The position numbers and the translations under genes are program-made. A stretch of 64,000 nucleotides of DNA from an uncultured delta proteobacterium (GTDB taxonomy: Bacteria > Myxococcota > Myxococcia > Myxococcales > Myxococcaceae), in assembly GCA_963771175.1 (NCBI GenBank), contig CAVYSY010000033.1, forward strand, positions 320,001 through 384,000. Direction: 5' to 3'. Shown in pieces: positions 44,606 through 53,111 of the stretch (the stretch's first letter is position 1; each line of letters opens with the position of its first letter). The notes under the pieces were generated by a model that worked only from the letters and a program-made list of their open reading frames with translations, made no database searches and was not told where the DNA came from.

Positions 44606-47383
44606 CTACCCCAATAGCCCGAGCACACCGGACTTGTCCGGACCGAACCCGAGCACCTCCTGGGGCGTACACTCAGGACACCCGTTGGCGCACTTGCAGT
44701 TGGCCAGGATGGCCCGCACCCACTTGAAGGTGTCGTCGATGAGCGCCAGGTCCAGGGCCTCGGCCACGCCCATGCCTTGGAGGTGCCGGTCCACCACGAC
44801 GATGCCGGCCGGGGCCTCGGGGAACATGCCCGGCCCCACCGGCACCACGTCCATGTCCTCGTCGCTGGAGAGCAGGTGCGCCACCAGCACCCCGTCCGCC
44901 GAGCGCGCCAGGTGGAAGAGGACGTTGGGCGTGGTGGCCGCGGGGAAGAAGACGCCGCGCACGCGGGTGCGGTAACGGCAGCTCACCGCGCCCACGTCCA
45001 CCCGCCCCGGTTTGCCCACCTGGGAGTAGCCGGTGACGCTCTCCACCACCGTCGCGTCCAGGGTACACACCTGGTACACGCACCGCCCCGTGCGCACCGT
45101 CTGGGGAGACTCCACCACGGTGGCGGACTCGAACTGGATTCGGAGCTGCGGCCGGGTGAGGGGCCGGTCGTTGGGCACCGGCTTCACGCGCAGCTCGTTG
45201 CGCTTGGTGTCCAGCGAGTGGAGCGGCACCTCGTAGCGCGTGTCTCCCACGGCGAACACGCGGCCCGGGTAGTAGCGCGTCTCCACGAGCAGCCGGTCCA
45301 CCTCGGTGAGGAGCTGGCCACTGTGCACGTCGAGGATGCGCACCACCTGCTCGCTGACGGTGCGCCGCAGCGGGTTGACGACCTCGGCCAGCACGGGCGG
45401 GACGACGGGGCTGCGCACGGGCTCGCGGCCCTGGGCGAGCCGCACCACGTGCCGCTCGGGGCGGAACTTCGGCCCCAGCACCTGCTCCACTCGCGAGCGG
45501 CCGAAGATGGCGGCCAGGGACTCCACGTCCTGCGTCCCCTCCTGCATGGCGGCCTTGAGGTGGGCCGAGGCCAGCGCCCCGTTGTGGTAGCCCACGAGCG
45601 GGCGCGGCGGCATCAGCATGCCGTTGCGGGCGAGCCCATCCAGGTTGCCGTCCCGGGTGAGGAAGCGCGTCACCGGGTTGTCGGAGAGGCCCCACAACGC
45701 GTCATGGGACTGCCCGTCCGCCAGCGGCACCCGGTGAGGGAGCGCCCGGTACGCGGCCACCAGCCATGCCTCGTCCAGCGAGCCCACCGAGGCCACGCCG
45801 AAGAGGGACACGTCGCGCACGAAGCGCAGCTCGCCGCCCCAGAAGTCCACGGCCTTGAGGTCGAAGGCACCGCTCGGGTCGCCCACGGCGGCGGGCAGCT
45901 TCGCCCCCACCACCGGCTCCAGCGCCCGACGCACCCAGGGAGTGCCGGGCTGGACGCGAAAGCCCTCGGCCACACGCCAGACGCGCACGGGGGCGGCGGC
46001 GCGCGGGGTGAAGGGCACCTCGCGGACGGAGATGCCCGGGAACATCTGCTCCACCAATCCACGCGTGCCCGCGCCGCCCACACCCGTGGCCAGCACGTTC
46101 CACCGCGCTCCGGCGGCCGACAGCGCCAGCTCCAGCCGCCGAAGGGTGAACATGCGGTGCGTGGAGACGAGCGGCGTCCCCCGGTCCACCCGCGACAGCA
46201 CCACCAGCCCCACGGAGCGGGCCCACAGGCGGCCGCAGCCCCCGCGCGTCTCGGCGAGCGCGCGGATGCCTCCGGCGGACAGTTGCTCCACGTCCAGGAA
46301 GACGGCGGCCGGCATGCGGTTGCCCGCGAAGGCCTCGCGCAGCGCCGCCTCGCCGGCCAGCAGCGGCCCCGAGGGCCACGAGCCACTGCGCGAGATGGCC
46401 TCGAGCACCGCGTCACGCAGCGCCTCCGGCTCGTCGCTGATGACGAGGCACGGCAGGCCTTCACGCTGGAGCGCGAGCAGCACGCTGGCGGTGAGGAAGT
46501 GGCGCTCCGTCGGGTCCGGCAGGTCTCCCACCAGCCAGCCCTGTTGCGGCGAGCCCCACGCACTGGCGATCTCCTCCAGCGCCCGAGGCGGAGCCCCGGT
46601 GGCACCGGAGTCCCTCCACGCGGCGGCGCTCCAGGCCGGAGCCGGCTCCGCGTTGCCCGTGCCCTGCGTCGCGAGCAGCGGGCGCGCGTTCGCGTCGAGG
46701 GCCCCCAGCTTCCGCCAGAGCGCCGGGACGTCCGCGCGTACGGGAGCGGGAACCTGAGGCTGGGGGGCCTCCTGCTTCACGGGCGGGGGCGCGAGGCGCT
46801 CGGCGCGCGTCCACACGGCGAGCGCCATGCACAGCATGGGCAGCACGGCGGCCACGTCCAGCAGCATGCGACCCGGGCGGTCCTGCCGCCACGCCCCGTC
46901 CACCACGATGAGGGCCAGCACCGGCACCGCCAGCAGCACCAGCGCCAGCGGGTCCGCGAGAGGGACGCGGAAGGGCGTGCCGAACTTGTGGTTCGCCTCG
47001 CGGAACGCGAGCACCGCCACCCCGAGGAAGAAGGCAGCGGCATGGAGCAGGACCAGCAGCACGACCGCGTCCACGGGGAACCAGGTCATCGAGGTCGCGC
47101 CGCGGGTCAGCGCCTGCTCGAGCCCGGCGAGCCACCCGAGCGGCCCGCCCTGCATGGTGGAACTGGCGGCTTCCACCAGCCGGGTGACGAGCACCAGGGC
47201 CAGGGTGACGAGGACGGCCTTGCCCACGGGAAGGGCGGCACGGCGCCAGCGGGAGTTGGGGCCGGGGCCCACCACCACGGCCGCCAGCGACCAGGCCAGC
47301 ACGGGCGTGACGAGCACGAGGCCCCACACCGCCAGGTACGCGAACGTCGCGAGGACGGCCGGATGCGGGAGTTGCAAGGTCAT
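44606..47383 (-). CDS. Membrane-anchored, degenerate MrfA/YprA-like SF2 helicase with C-terminal DUF1998-type Cys4 motif
   Basis: About 5 N-terminal TMs. WARSVGLVVLSRVD..HRMFTLRRL aligns by eye with the MrfA Walker B region. Also HLKAAMQE, YYPGRVFAVGDTRYEV and terminal CKCANGCPEC. Confidence 0.65.
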   Translation of the reverse strand: MTLQLPHPAVLATFAYLAVWGLVLVTPVLAWSLAAVVVGPGPNSRWRRAALPVGKAVLVTLALVLVTRLVEAASSTMQGGPLGWLAGLEQALTRGATSMTWFPVDAVVLLVLLHAAAFFLGVAVLAFREANHKFGTPFRVPLADPLALVLLAVPVLALIVVDGAWRQDRPGRMLLDVAAVLPMLCMALAVWTRAERLAPPPVKQEAPQPQVPAPVRADVPALWRKLGALDANARPLLATQGTGNAEPAPAWSAAAWRDSGATGAPPRALEEIASAWGSPQQGWLVGDLPDPTERHFLTASVLLALQREGLPCLVISDEPEALRDAVLEAISRSGSWPSGPLLAGEAALREAFAGNRMPAAVFLDVEQLSAGGIRALAETRGGCGRLWARSVGLVVLSRVDRGTPLVSTHRMFTLRRLELALSAAGARWNVLATGVGGAGTRGLVEQMFPGISVREVPFTPRAAAPVRVWRVAEGFRVQPGTPWVRRALEPVVGAKLPAAVGDPSGAFDLKAVDFWGGELRFVRDVSLFGVASVGSLDEAWLVAAYRALPHRVPLADGQSHDALWGLSDNPVTRFLTRDGNLDGLARNGMLMPPRPLVGYHNGALASAHLKAAMQEGTQDVESLAAIFGRSRVEQVLGPKFRPERHVVRLAQGREPVRSPVVPPVLAEVVNPLRRTVSEQVVRILDVHSGQLLTEVDRLLVETRYYPGRVFAVGDTRYEVPLHSLDTKRNELRVKPVPNDRPLTRPQLRIQFESATVVESPQTVRTGRCVYQVCTLDATVVESVTGYSQVGKPGRVDVGAVSCRYRTRVRGVFFPAATTPNVLFHLARSADGVLVAHLLSSDEDMDVVPVGPGMFPEAPAGIVVVDRHLQGMGVAEALDLALIDDTFKWVRAILANCKCANGCPECTPQEVLGFGPDKSGVLGLLG

Positions 47384-49776
47384 CGCACACCTCGCGGGGC
47401 GGCCACGGCCGGCTGCGGGGCGGAGCGAGCCCCCCGAGCAATCTCTTCCACGGAGAGGCCCTCCCAGGTGCGAAGGAAGATGACGCGCGCGGCCTTCGAG
47501 GGAGACCAGAGGACGGGCAGGCGCGAGGGCACGTCCCGCAGGCCGGCGTCGAGCGTCTCGCGCCCCGCCGACGGAGCGATGACAAAGCCCTCGCCGGGAC
47601 GGAGGCCGAGCACCGGGTCTCCATGGGCATTCAACGGCTGGCACGGCGGCGCGAGCACCGCGCCCATCCGCGAGCCGAAGTCCCGCAGCACGTCCGCCGC
47701 CTGCTGGCCACCTTCCTGGTCATCCAGCACGCTGCGCTCGGCGAGGGGCCGCACCTGACGCCGGCTCAGCTCGGCGATGCGCTCGGGGTCGCCGCAGGGC
47801 ACGTCCTCGAGCAGCCCGCCCGAGGGCCAGGCACCTTCGAGGAGGCGGTCGGCCCAGACACGGTCCTCGGAGACCTCACGGCGGGAGGCGATCCACCGGC
47901 TGATGACCTCCGGAGGCACGAGCGAGCCGTGCAGCAGCCCGCCCGCACCGAGCAGCGGTCCGAGGTCGTCCAGCCGGGCCTCGACGGCGGGCGTCACGCC
48001 GAGCGCCGAGAGTTCCTGGCGCTTGCGATCCCTCGCCTCCAGCAGTGCATGGCGCACGGCCTGAAGCCGGGCCACGGCGTTCTCCAGTGCGAGGATGGCA
48101 CCCCGGCGGGCACGCTTGCGGCGAACCACGAGCTGCAGCTCCGCCTGTCGAGCGCGACGCCCTCCCCCACCCCGGCTGACGAGCGACTCCAGCGCATCAC
48201 GCCGGAGCTTCAACACCCGGCGGACCTCCTTCCGGGTGTGGTTGCCGACGAAGTAGAGCCACCCGCCTCCAGCGCCCAGCGCGGCGAGCGTGCCGAGAAT
48301 CCACGGCAGGGCCTCGCGCCAGTCGAAGCCGCTGGGGGTGGGAGTGGCCGTGACCGAGAGCTGGACGCGCGAGGGGCCGCTGCCAGCGGTGGGCACGGCC
48401 GGAGTCATGAGCGACAGCGTCCCGAAGGAGACGCCCAGCAGCACGGCGAGCGAGAGAGCCGCGGCGGCCACCATCGCCAGCCCCTTCGAGGGGAGCTCCA
48501 GCAGGGCGTGCTCCAGCTCCTCGCGGTGCGGGTCCACCGGAGGGCCCGACGGCTGGGAAGGATCCAACCGATGCAGGGCGGCGGCCTCCTGGGCCTGCTC
48601 ATCGTGGAGCTGCGCGATGACACGCTTCAGCCCCTGCTCGACGGCGGGGAGCTGGGACAGGCCCGAAGCGGGCCCGAGCGAGGCGTCGAACACCGCCTGG
48701 ATGCCCTGCTCCACCGAGGCAGCCACCTCGGCCTCGGCGCGGTCGAGCGCGCGGAAGGTCTCGTCGGTGCGGGCCTGATCGACGGTGGTGGGCGCGGCCT
48801 CCACCGAGGCCGGCTTGAAGAGGCCGGAGTGGTTGGCGCGAATCTCCTCGGCGGAGTCGAGGGGACCCACGTGAATCTGAGCGGGCAGGTCCACCGGGGA
48901 GCGGGACAGCTCGGCGGCGAGACGACGGGAGAGCTGCGCGGCCTGCCCCTCGACGAAGGGGGCCAACCAGCGGTCATTCTGGAGCGCGGAGACGGCGCCC
49001 ATGGCCAGGGTCGGGTCGGTCACCGACTGCTGCACGCGCTCCACCAGCACCCCGAGCCCGTCATAGGCGGCACGAGCAGCGGCATAGGTGCGCAGGCGCG
49101 ACTCGGGCAGCTCCACCGAGGCGAGCGAGACGAAGCCGATGAGGCCCTCGTCGCGCGCCGGGTGGGCCATGCGCCGGGACACCTCGTCCTCGGTGCGCAG
49201 CCCCGAGGCCACCATGCCGAGCGCGAAGGAGGCACAGGTGGACACCATCTCCTCGGAGGTGAGGGTGCCCGCGGCCGTCTGCTGGGACACGAGCCAGATG
49301 CGGGCCAGCACGGGGAACACGGGCCGCGCACGCGCCCAGCTCTCCAGGGAGGCCAGCCGCGCGAGGGCCACCGAGGCCCGGGGGTTGGACAGCGCCGGCA
49401 CCTGCACCACGAGGTGCAGCGTGGCGGTGCGCTGCTCCGGCGGCCTGTCCGGAGGGAACATGGCGCCATAGCCCTCGGCCAGCAGGCGCGCCGTCTGCTC
49501 GCACGCGGTGAGCAGGTCCTCGTCGCCGCCCTGCAGCGCGGCGGCGAAGGCGACGACATCCAACCGCTGGTCACGCCGCTCGCCCGAGCCTCGGCCCGCG
49601 CGCAGCAGGTCCTCCAGCAGGGGCTGGAGCCCGGCGGCCACGCCCGAGGGCTCGCAGCGCAGCACGCCGAGCAGCGGCGAGGAGGCCTCCAGCGACTGGA
49701 GCGCGCGGCCGATGACCTCATGGCCGAAGCGCCCCAGCCCGAGGAGGACGGTGGGGTACGAAACGGCGGCGTCCAA
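47380..49776 (-). CDS. Degenerate tubulin-like-domain protein with coiled coils and two TMs
   Basis: N-terminal YPTVLLGLGRFGHEV matches the T1 loop of the upstream paralogue; no GGTGSG; TTG start with RBS GAGGAG. Confidence 0.6.
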   Translation of the reverse strand: MDAAVSYPTVLLGLGRFGHEVIGRALQSLEASSPLLGVLRCEPSGVAAGLQPLLEDLLRAGRGSGERRDQRLDVVAFAAALQGGDEDLLTACEQTARLLAEGYGAMFPPDRPPEQRTATLHLVVQVPALSNPRASVALARLASLESWARARPVFPVLARIWLVSQQTAAGTLTSEEMVSTCASFALGMVASGLRTEDEVSRRMAHPARDEGLIGFVSLASVELPESRLRTYAAARAAYDGLGVLVERVQQSVTDPTLAMGAVSALQNDRWLAPFVEGQAAQLSRRLAAELSRSPVDLPAQIHVGPLDSAEEIRANHSGLFKPASVEAAPTTVDQARTDETFRALDRAEAEVAASVEQGIQAVFDASLGPASGLSQLPAVEQGLKRVIAQLHDEQAQEAAALHRLDPSQPSGPPVDPHREELEHALLELPSKGLAMVAAAALSLAVLLGVSFGTLSLMTPAVPTAGSGPSRVQLSVTATPTPSGFDWREALPWILGTLAALGAGGGWLYFVGNHTRKEVRRVLKLRRDALESLVSRGGGGRRARQAELQLVVRRKRARRGAILALENAVARLQAVRHALLEARDRKRQELSALGVTPAVEARLDDLGPLLGAGGLLHGSLVPPEVISRWIASRREVSEDRVWADRLLEGAWPSGGLLEDVPCGDPERIAELSRRQVRPLAERSVLDDQEGGQQAADVLRDFGSRMGAVLAPPCQPLNAHGDPVLGLRPGEGFVIAPSAGRETLDAGLRDVPSRLPVLWSPSKAARVIFLRTWEGLSVEEIARGARSAPQPAVAAPRGVR

Positions 49777-49777
49777 G

Positions 49778-52700
49778 CTAGCTCCTCAGCTCGGTGGCGA
49801 GCGCCTCCACCACGGTGCGCTCATCCTGGAGGAAGCGGCGCTCGGAGTCCTTCTGCTCGGCGACGGCGCGCGCGTAGGCCTCGGTGAGGCGGCGCTGGTG
49901 GGCCTGCACCTCCTCCAGCAGCTTGTTGCGCGAGGGCCGCTCCACCGTCGCGTTCACCCAGGAATCGCGGGCGTTCTTCTCCAGGTCCTCGCGGAGCACG
50001 GGGTCGAGCGCCTCGAAGGCATCGAAGGCGCGCACCCGGTCCGGCGCGAGCTTGTTCTTCGTGCCGGCGAAGCTCCAGTGGTAGCCCTCCTCGTCGCGCG
50101 AGATGCCGCCGAACAGGGCGCACAGGGTGAAGGCGCGCAGGCGGGCGTCACGGGCCTCGCGGGTGGCCTGGGCGCTGCGCTCGACGGCGCGGCGATCCTC
50201 GGCCCGCTTCAGCTCCACCGGGTCCAGGTCGGGCAGGCCCGGCGAAGACTCCCACGCCGCCTCGATGTGCAGCGGGTAGGTGCGGTTCTTGTCGTCGCGC
50301 ACGCGCTTGTAGCCGGCGTACAGGTCGGACTGGACGTTCTTGAACCAGTACACGGGCACGCCGAGCAGCGCGCGGTAGAGCACGAGCGAGTCCCGCTCCT
50401 CCCACCCCGTGACGCGGTTGGAGCCGGACACCACGCCCCTGAGGATGTTCCAGAGCGAGCCCTCCTCGTCGCTGGCGTACTTGTCGTGCAGGCCGGCGTA
50501 GAAGACGTCCGCGGGCGTCACCGTGGGGTCGTCCCGGCGCGTGGCGTCGATGTGGGCCAGCAGCACGCACTCGTCGGACAGGCGCTTGAGCCGATCCTCG
50601 ATGCCGCGACGCACCTCGGTGGCGGACACGGCGCGCAGTTCCTCCTCCAGCTTGCCCTTGCGGCGCAGCTCCTCCAGGTCCTTCCCGGCCTTGTGCAGGG
50701 CGATGTAGCGCTGCTCCAGGTCGAGGCCCGAGGCCAGGTCGAGGCCCATCTCCTCCATCACCTTGCCGTAGACCTGGGTGGCCTGGGTCTCCAGCTTGCC
50801 GCGCACGTGCTGGACGATCTCATTGGCGTCGCGGGCGCGGAGCTGACCGTTGGGGTCTCTCACCGGGGTGAAGGCCTCGGTGACGGTGTCGAAGATGTCG
50901 GCGGCGCGGAAGTGGGCGTCGCTGTCGAGCTTGTGGGCGTAGAACTCCTTCCACAACCGCTCGCGGCGCCGGTCGTCGCGGAGCACCTCGGCGTCCAGGT
51001 AGTACTGGGCCACGTCCGAGCCCGCGTCCACCGCGGCCGGGTCCTTGCGGAAGCGCTCGGCCTGGGACTCGGCGTCACGGGCGCGCTCGTCGGCCACCTG
51101 GGCCACCTTGCGGAAGGACTCCAGCCGGGCCTCGGCGTCCTTGCGCAGCTCGCTCTCGAAGGACTTCCAGAAGAAGCGCTTGATCTCGTCGCGGAACTCG
51201 TTGGCCCAGCTCTCCACCTTGGCCACGGCGCGCAGTTTGGTGGTGGCGAAGGCCTTGTTGTCCCGGTCCGTGAGGCTCTGGAGGAAGCCGGGGTTGGCCT
51301 GCCGCGCCATCTCGCCGTCGAGCCTCGAAATCTCCTGGCGCAGCTCCGGGCTGTCCAGGTCGGGCGGAGCGCCGTCGGCCTTGAGGTAGGCGCCCTCCTC
51401 CGGGTCCTTGAAGGGGACGATGAAGGACTGCTCCAGCAGGCGGATGAGGAAGAGCCGCTGGGAGATGGGGTTGACCTCGTACTCCTTGAAGAAGGACTCG
51501 AAGAAGCGGCCGGTGCGCACGTCGCCGCGCTGGGCCTCGAGGTACTCGCCGCACACGCGGGCGCGCGACTCGTCCTTCGCCCGGCGCAGCACCGCGATGG
51601 CTCGGCTCAGCGACGGGTTGCCCGGGTTGATGGACTGCTTCTCCACGTCCGGGATGTCGATCTGCTCGTCCAGCTTCCCGAAGATGGCCTCCAGCTTCTC
51701 GCGGAAGGCTTCGGCGAGGTTCTTCCCGCCCTTACCAATCTGCTGCTGGATTCCGTAGAACTGGCCCTTCTCGTCGCGGCGATCCTCCTCGCTGGCACGG
51801 AAGGAGACATAGCCCTTGAACTTCTCGTCGATGCGGCGGTTCTTCTCGTTGGGCTCCAGCCGCTGGAAGGCCGGGTCGCCGTAGGGCACCTGGAAGTCCG
51901 GGTGGTCCGCGCCGAAGCAGAGGAACTGCCGGAAGGCGCTCGCCACGTAGCGCAGGCCCGCGTACTTGAGGAGGTCCTTCCGAGGCAGTTGCAGCAGCGC
52001 GGTGCCGAACGAGCCGTAGTGCACGGAGAAGTGGCCCAGGGCGAGCTTCTTCTGGTGCTTCTCGTAGTTGTCGTACTCACCGGCCTGCGCGCCGAGCAGC
52101 GGCGAGAAGATCTGCAGGTAGCAGGCGTCGGCCACCGCGTTCTCGTACTTCTCGATGGAGAGCTGGTCCGGCCGGTCGATGAGGTAGGTGAGCGTGAAGG
52201 GCCGCTCGGAGACGGTCTGGCGGCTGCGGTCCTGGCTGCCCGGGTCGTAGTGGAACTCGATCTCGCCGAGGCCGCCCGAGTAGTCGAGCTGGCGGTTGAG
52301 GTACTCCAGCTCCTTGAGGGCGGAGTAGCCGTTGGCGAGGATGTCCGGATGGAGCTGGGGCTTCACCTTGTCGAGGAAAGCCGTGGGCAGGGTGAGCACG
52401 CCCACCACGCTGGGCCGGCCCCAGCCCGCGTCGAGCACCATGCGGCGCAGCAGGTAGGCCATGGGGAGGAAGCCACCCGAGCCGGTGCCGCCGGCCACCG
52501 AGCCGTAGATCATCACCCGGACGACGCGGTTCTCGTTGTCGCGCCAGGGGTTCTCGCGGCGGGTGGACTCGTCGAGCAGCTTCTGGAGGGCCTTGCGAAT
52601 GCCGCGCCGATCCTCCTCGAGGTTGTAGTAGAGGCGCAGGCGGCTCTCCATGCGGATCTGCCCGGCGCCAGCGCCCTGGGTGGAGCGGAACTGGTAGGTG

Positions 52701-53002
52701 GAGGGGACCCACTGGGTGACGAGCGAATCCTCGTTCAGCTCGCGCTGGCCGCGCTTGCGCTCGATATAGGCGCGTGCGTCGAAGGCGGAGATGAGGAAGC
52801 GGTTCTCCACCGGGACGTCCTTGAGCTTGTCGAGGTCGTCCTTGTTGGTATCGATGGCCACGAAATGGGTGAGCGACTTGATGCGCTCCCAGTTCGGGTG
52901 TCGGCGCAACCGGCCAGAGAGAAGCTGGACGATCTTTCCGCCGTTACCACCGAGTCCCACGAACAGCGTCGGGTTGAACTTCTCCGTCGCGAGCAGCCCC
53001 AA
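49778..53002 (-). CDS. Tubulin/FtsZ-superfamily GTPase (Tubulin_2 / FtsZ-like 1 type), 1074 aa with long helical C-terminus
   Basis: PTLFVGLGGNGGKIV, IDT, GAGQIRMESRL, signature GSVAGGTGSG and ANGYSALKELEY; TTG start with RBS GGAGGGG. Confidence 0.88.
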   Translation of the reverse strand: MGLLATEKFNPTLFVGLGGNGGKIVQLLSGRLRRHPNWERIKSLTHFVAIDTNKDDLDKLKDVPVENRFLISAFDARAYIERKRGQRELNEDSLVTQWVPSTYQFRSTQGAGAGQIRMESRLRLYYNLEEDRRGIRKALQKLLDESTRRENPWRDNENRVVRVMIYGSVAGGTGSGGFLPMAYLLRRMVLDAGWGRPSVVGVLTLPTAFLDKVKPQLHPDILANGYSALKELEYLNRQLDYSGGLGEIEFHYDPGSQDRSRQTVSERPFTLTYLIDRPDQLSIEKYENAVADACYLQIFSPLLGAQAGEYDNYEKHQKKLALGHFSVHYGSFGTALLQLPRKDLLKYAGLRYVASAFRQFLCFGADHPDFQVPYGDPAFQRLEPNEKNRRIDEKFKGYVSFRASEEDRRDEKGQFYGIQQQIGKGGKNLAEAFREKLEAIFGKLDEQIDIPDVEKQSINPGNPSLSRAIAVLRRAKDESRARVCGEYLEAQRGDVRTGRFFESFFKEYEVNPISQRLFLIRLLEQSFIVPFKDPEEGAYLKADGAPPDLDSPELRQEISRLDGEMARQANPGFLQSLTDRDNKAFATTKLRAVAKVESWANEFRDEIKRFFWKSFESELRKDAEARLESFRKVAQVADERARDAESQAERFRKDPAAVDAGSDVAQYYLDAEVLRDDRRRERLWKEFYAHKLDSDAHFRAADIFDTVTEAFTPVRDPNGQLRARDANEIVQHVRGKLETQATQVYGKVMEEMGLDLASGLDLEQRYIALHKAGKDLEELRRKGKLEEELRAVSATEVRRGIEDRLKRLSDECVLLAHIDATRRDDPTVTPADVFYAGLHDKYASDEEGSLWNILRGVVSGSNRVTGWEERDSLVLYRALLGVPVYWFKNVQSDLYAGYKRVRDDKNRTYPLHIEAAWESSPGLPDLDPVELKRAEDRRAVERSAQATREARDARLRAFTLCALFGGISRDEEGYHWSFAGTKNKLAPDRVRAFDAFEALDPVLREDLEKNARDSWVNATVERPSRNKLLEEVQAHQRRLTEAYARAVAEQKDSERRFLQDERTVVEALATELRS

Positions 53003-53111
53003 GGCTCCCCCTCCGAGTCATCTCCACTGCATGTAGAGAGTACCTGTCCGGTATAGCACGGCGGACAGGGAGCCACGCGCACTCGTGGTTTCACCGCATG
53101 CCGACGCTGGG

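Noticed and set aside
49778..53002. Cell-division FtsZ
   Set aside because: It is about three times the usual length, has divergent motifs, and has no ftsA/ftsQ/mur context.
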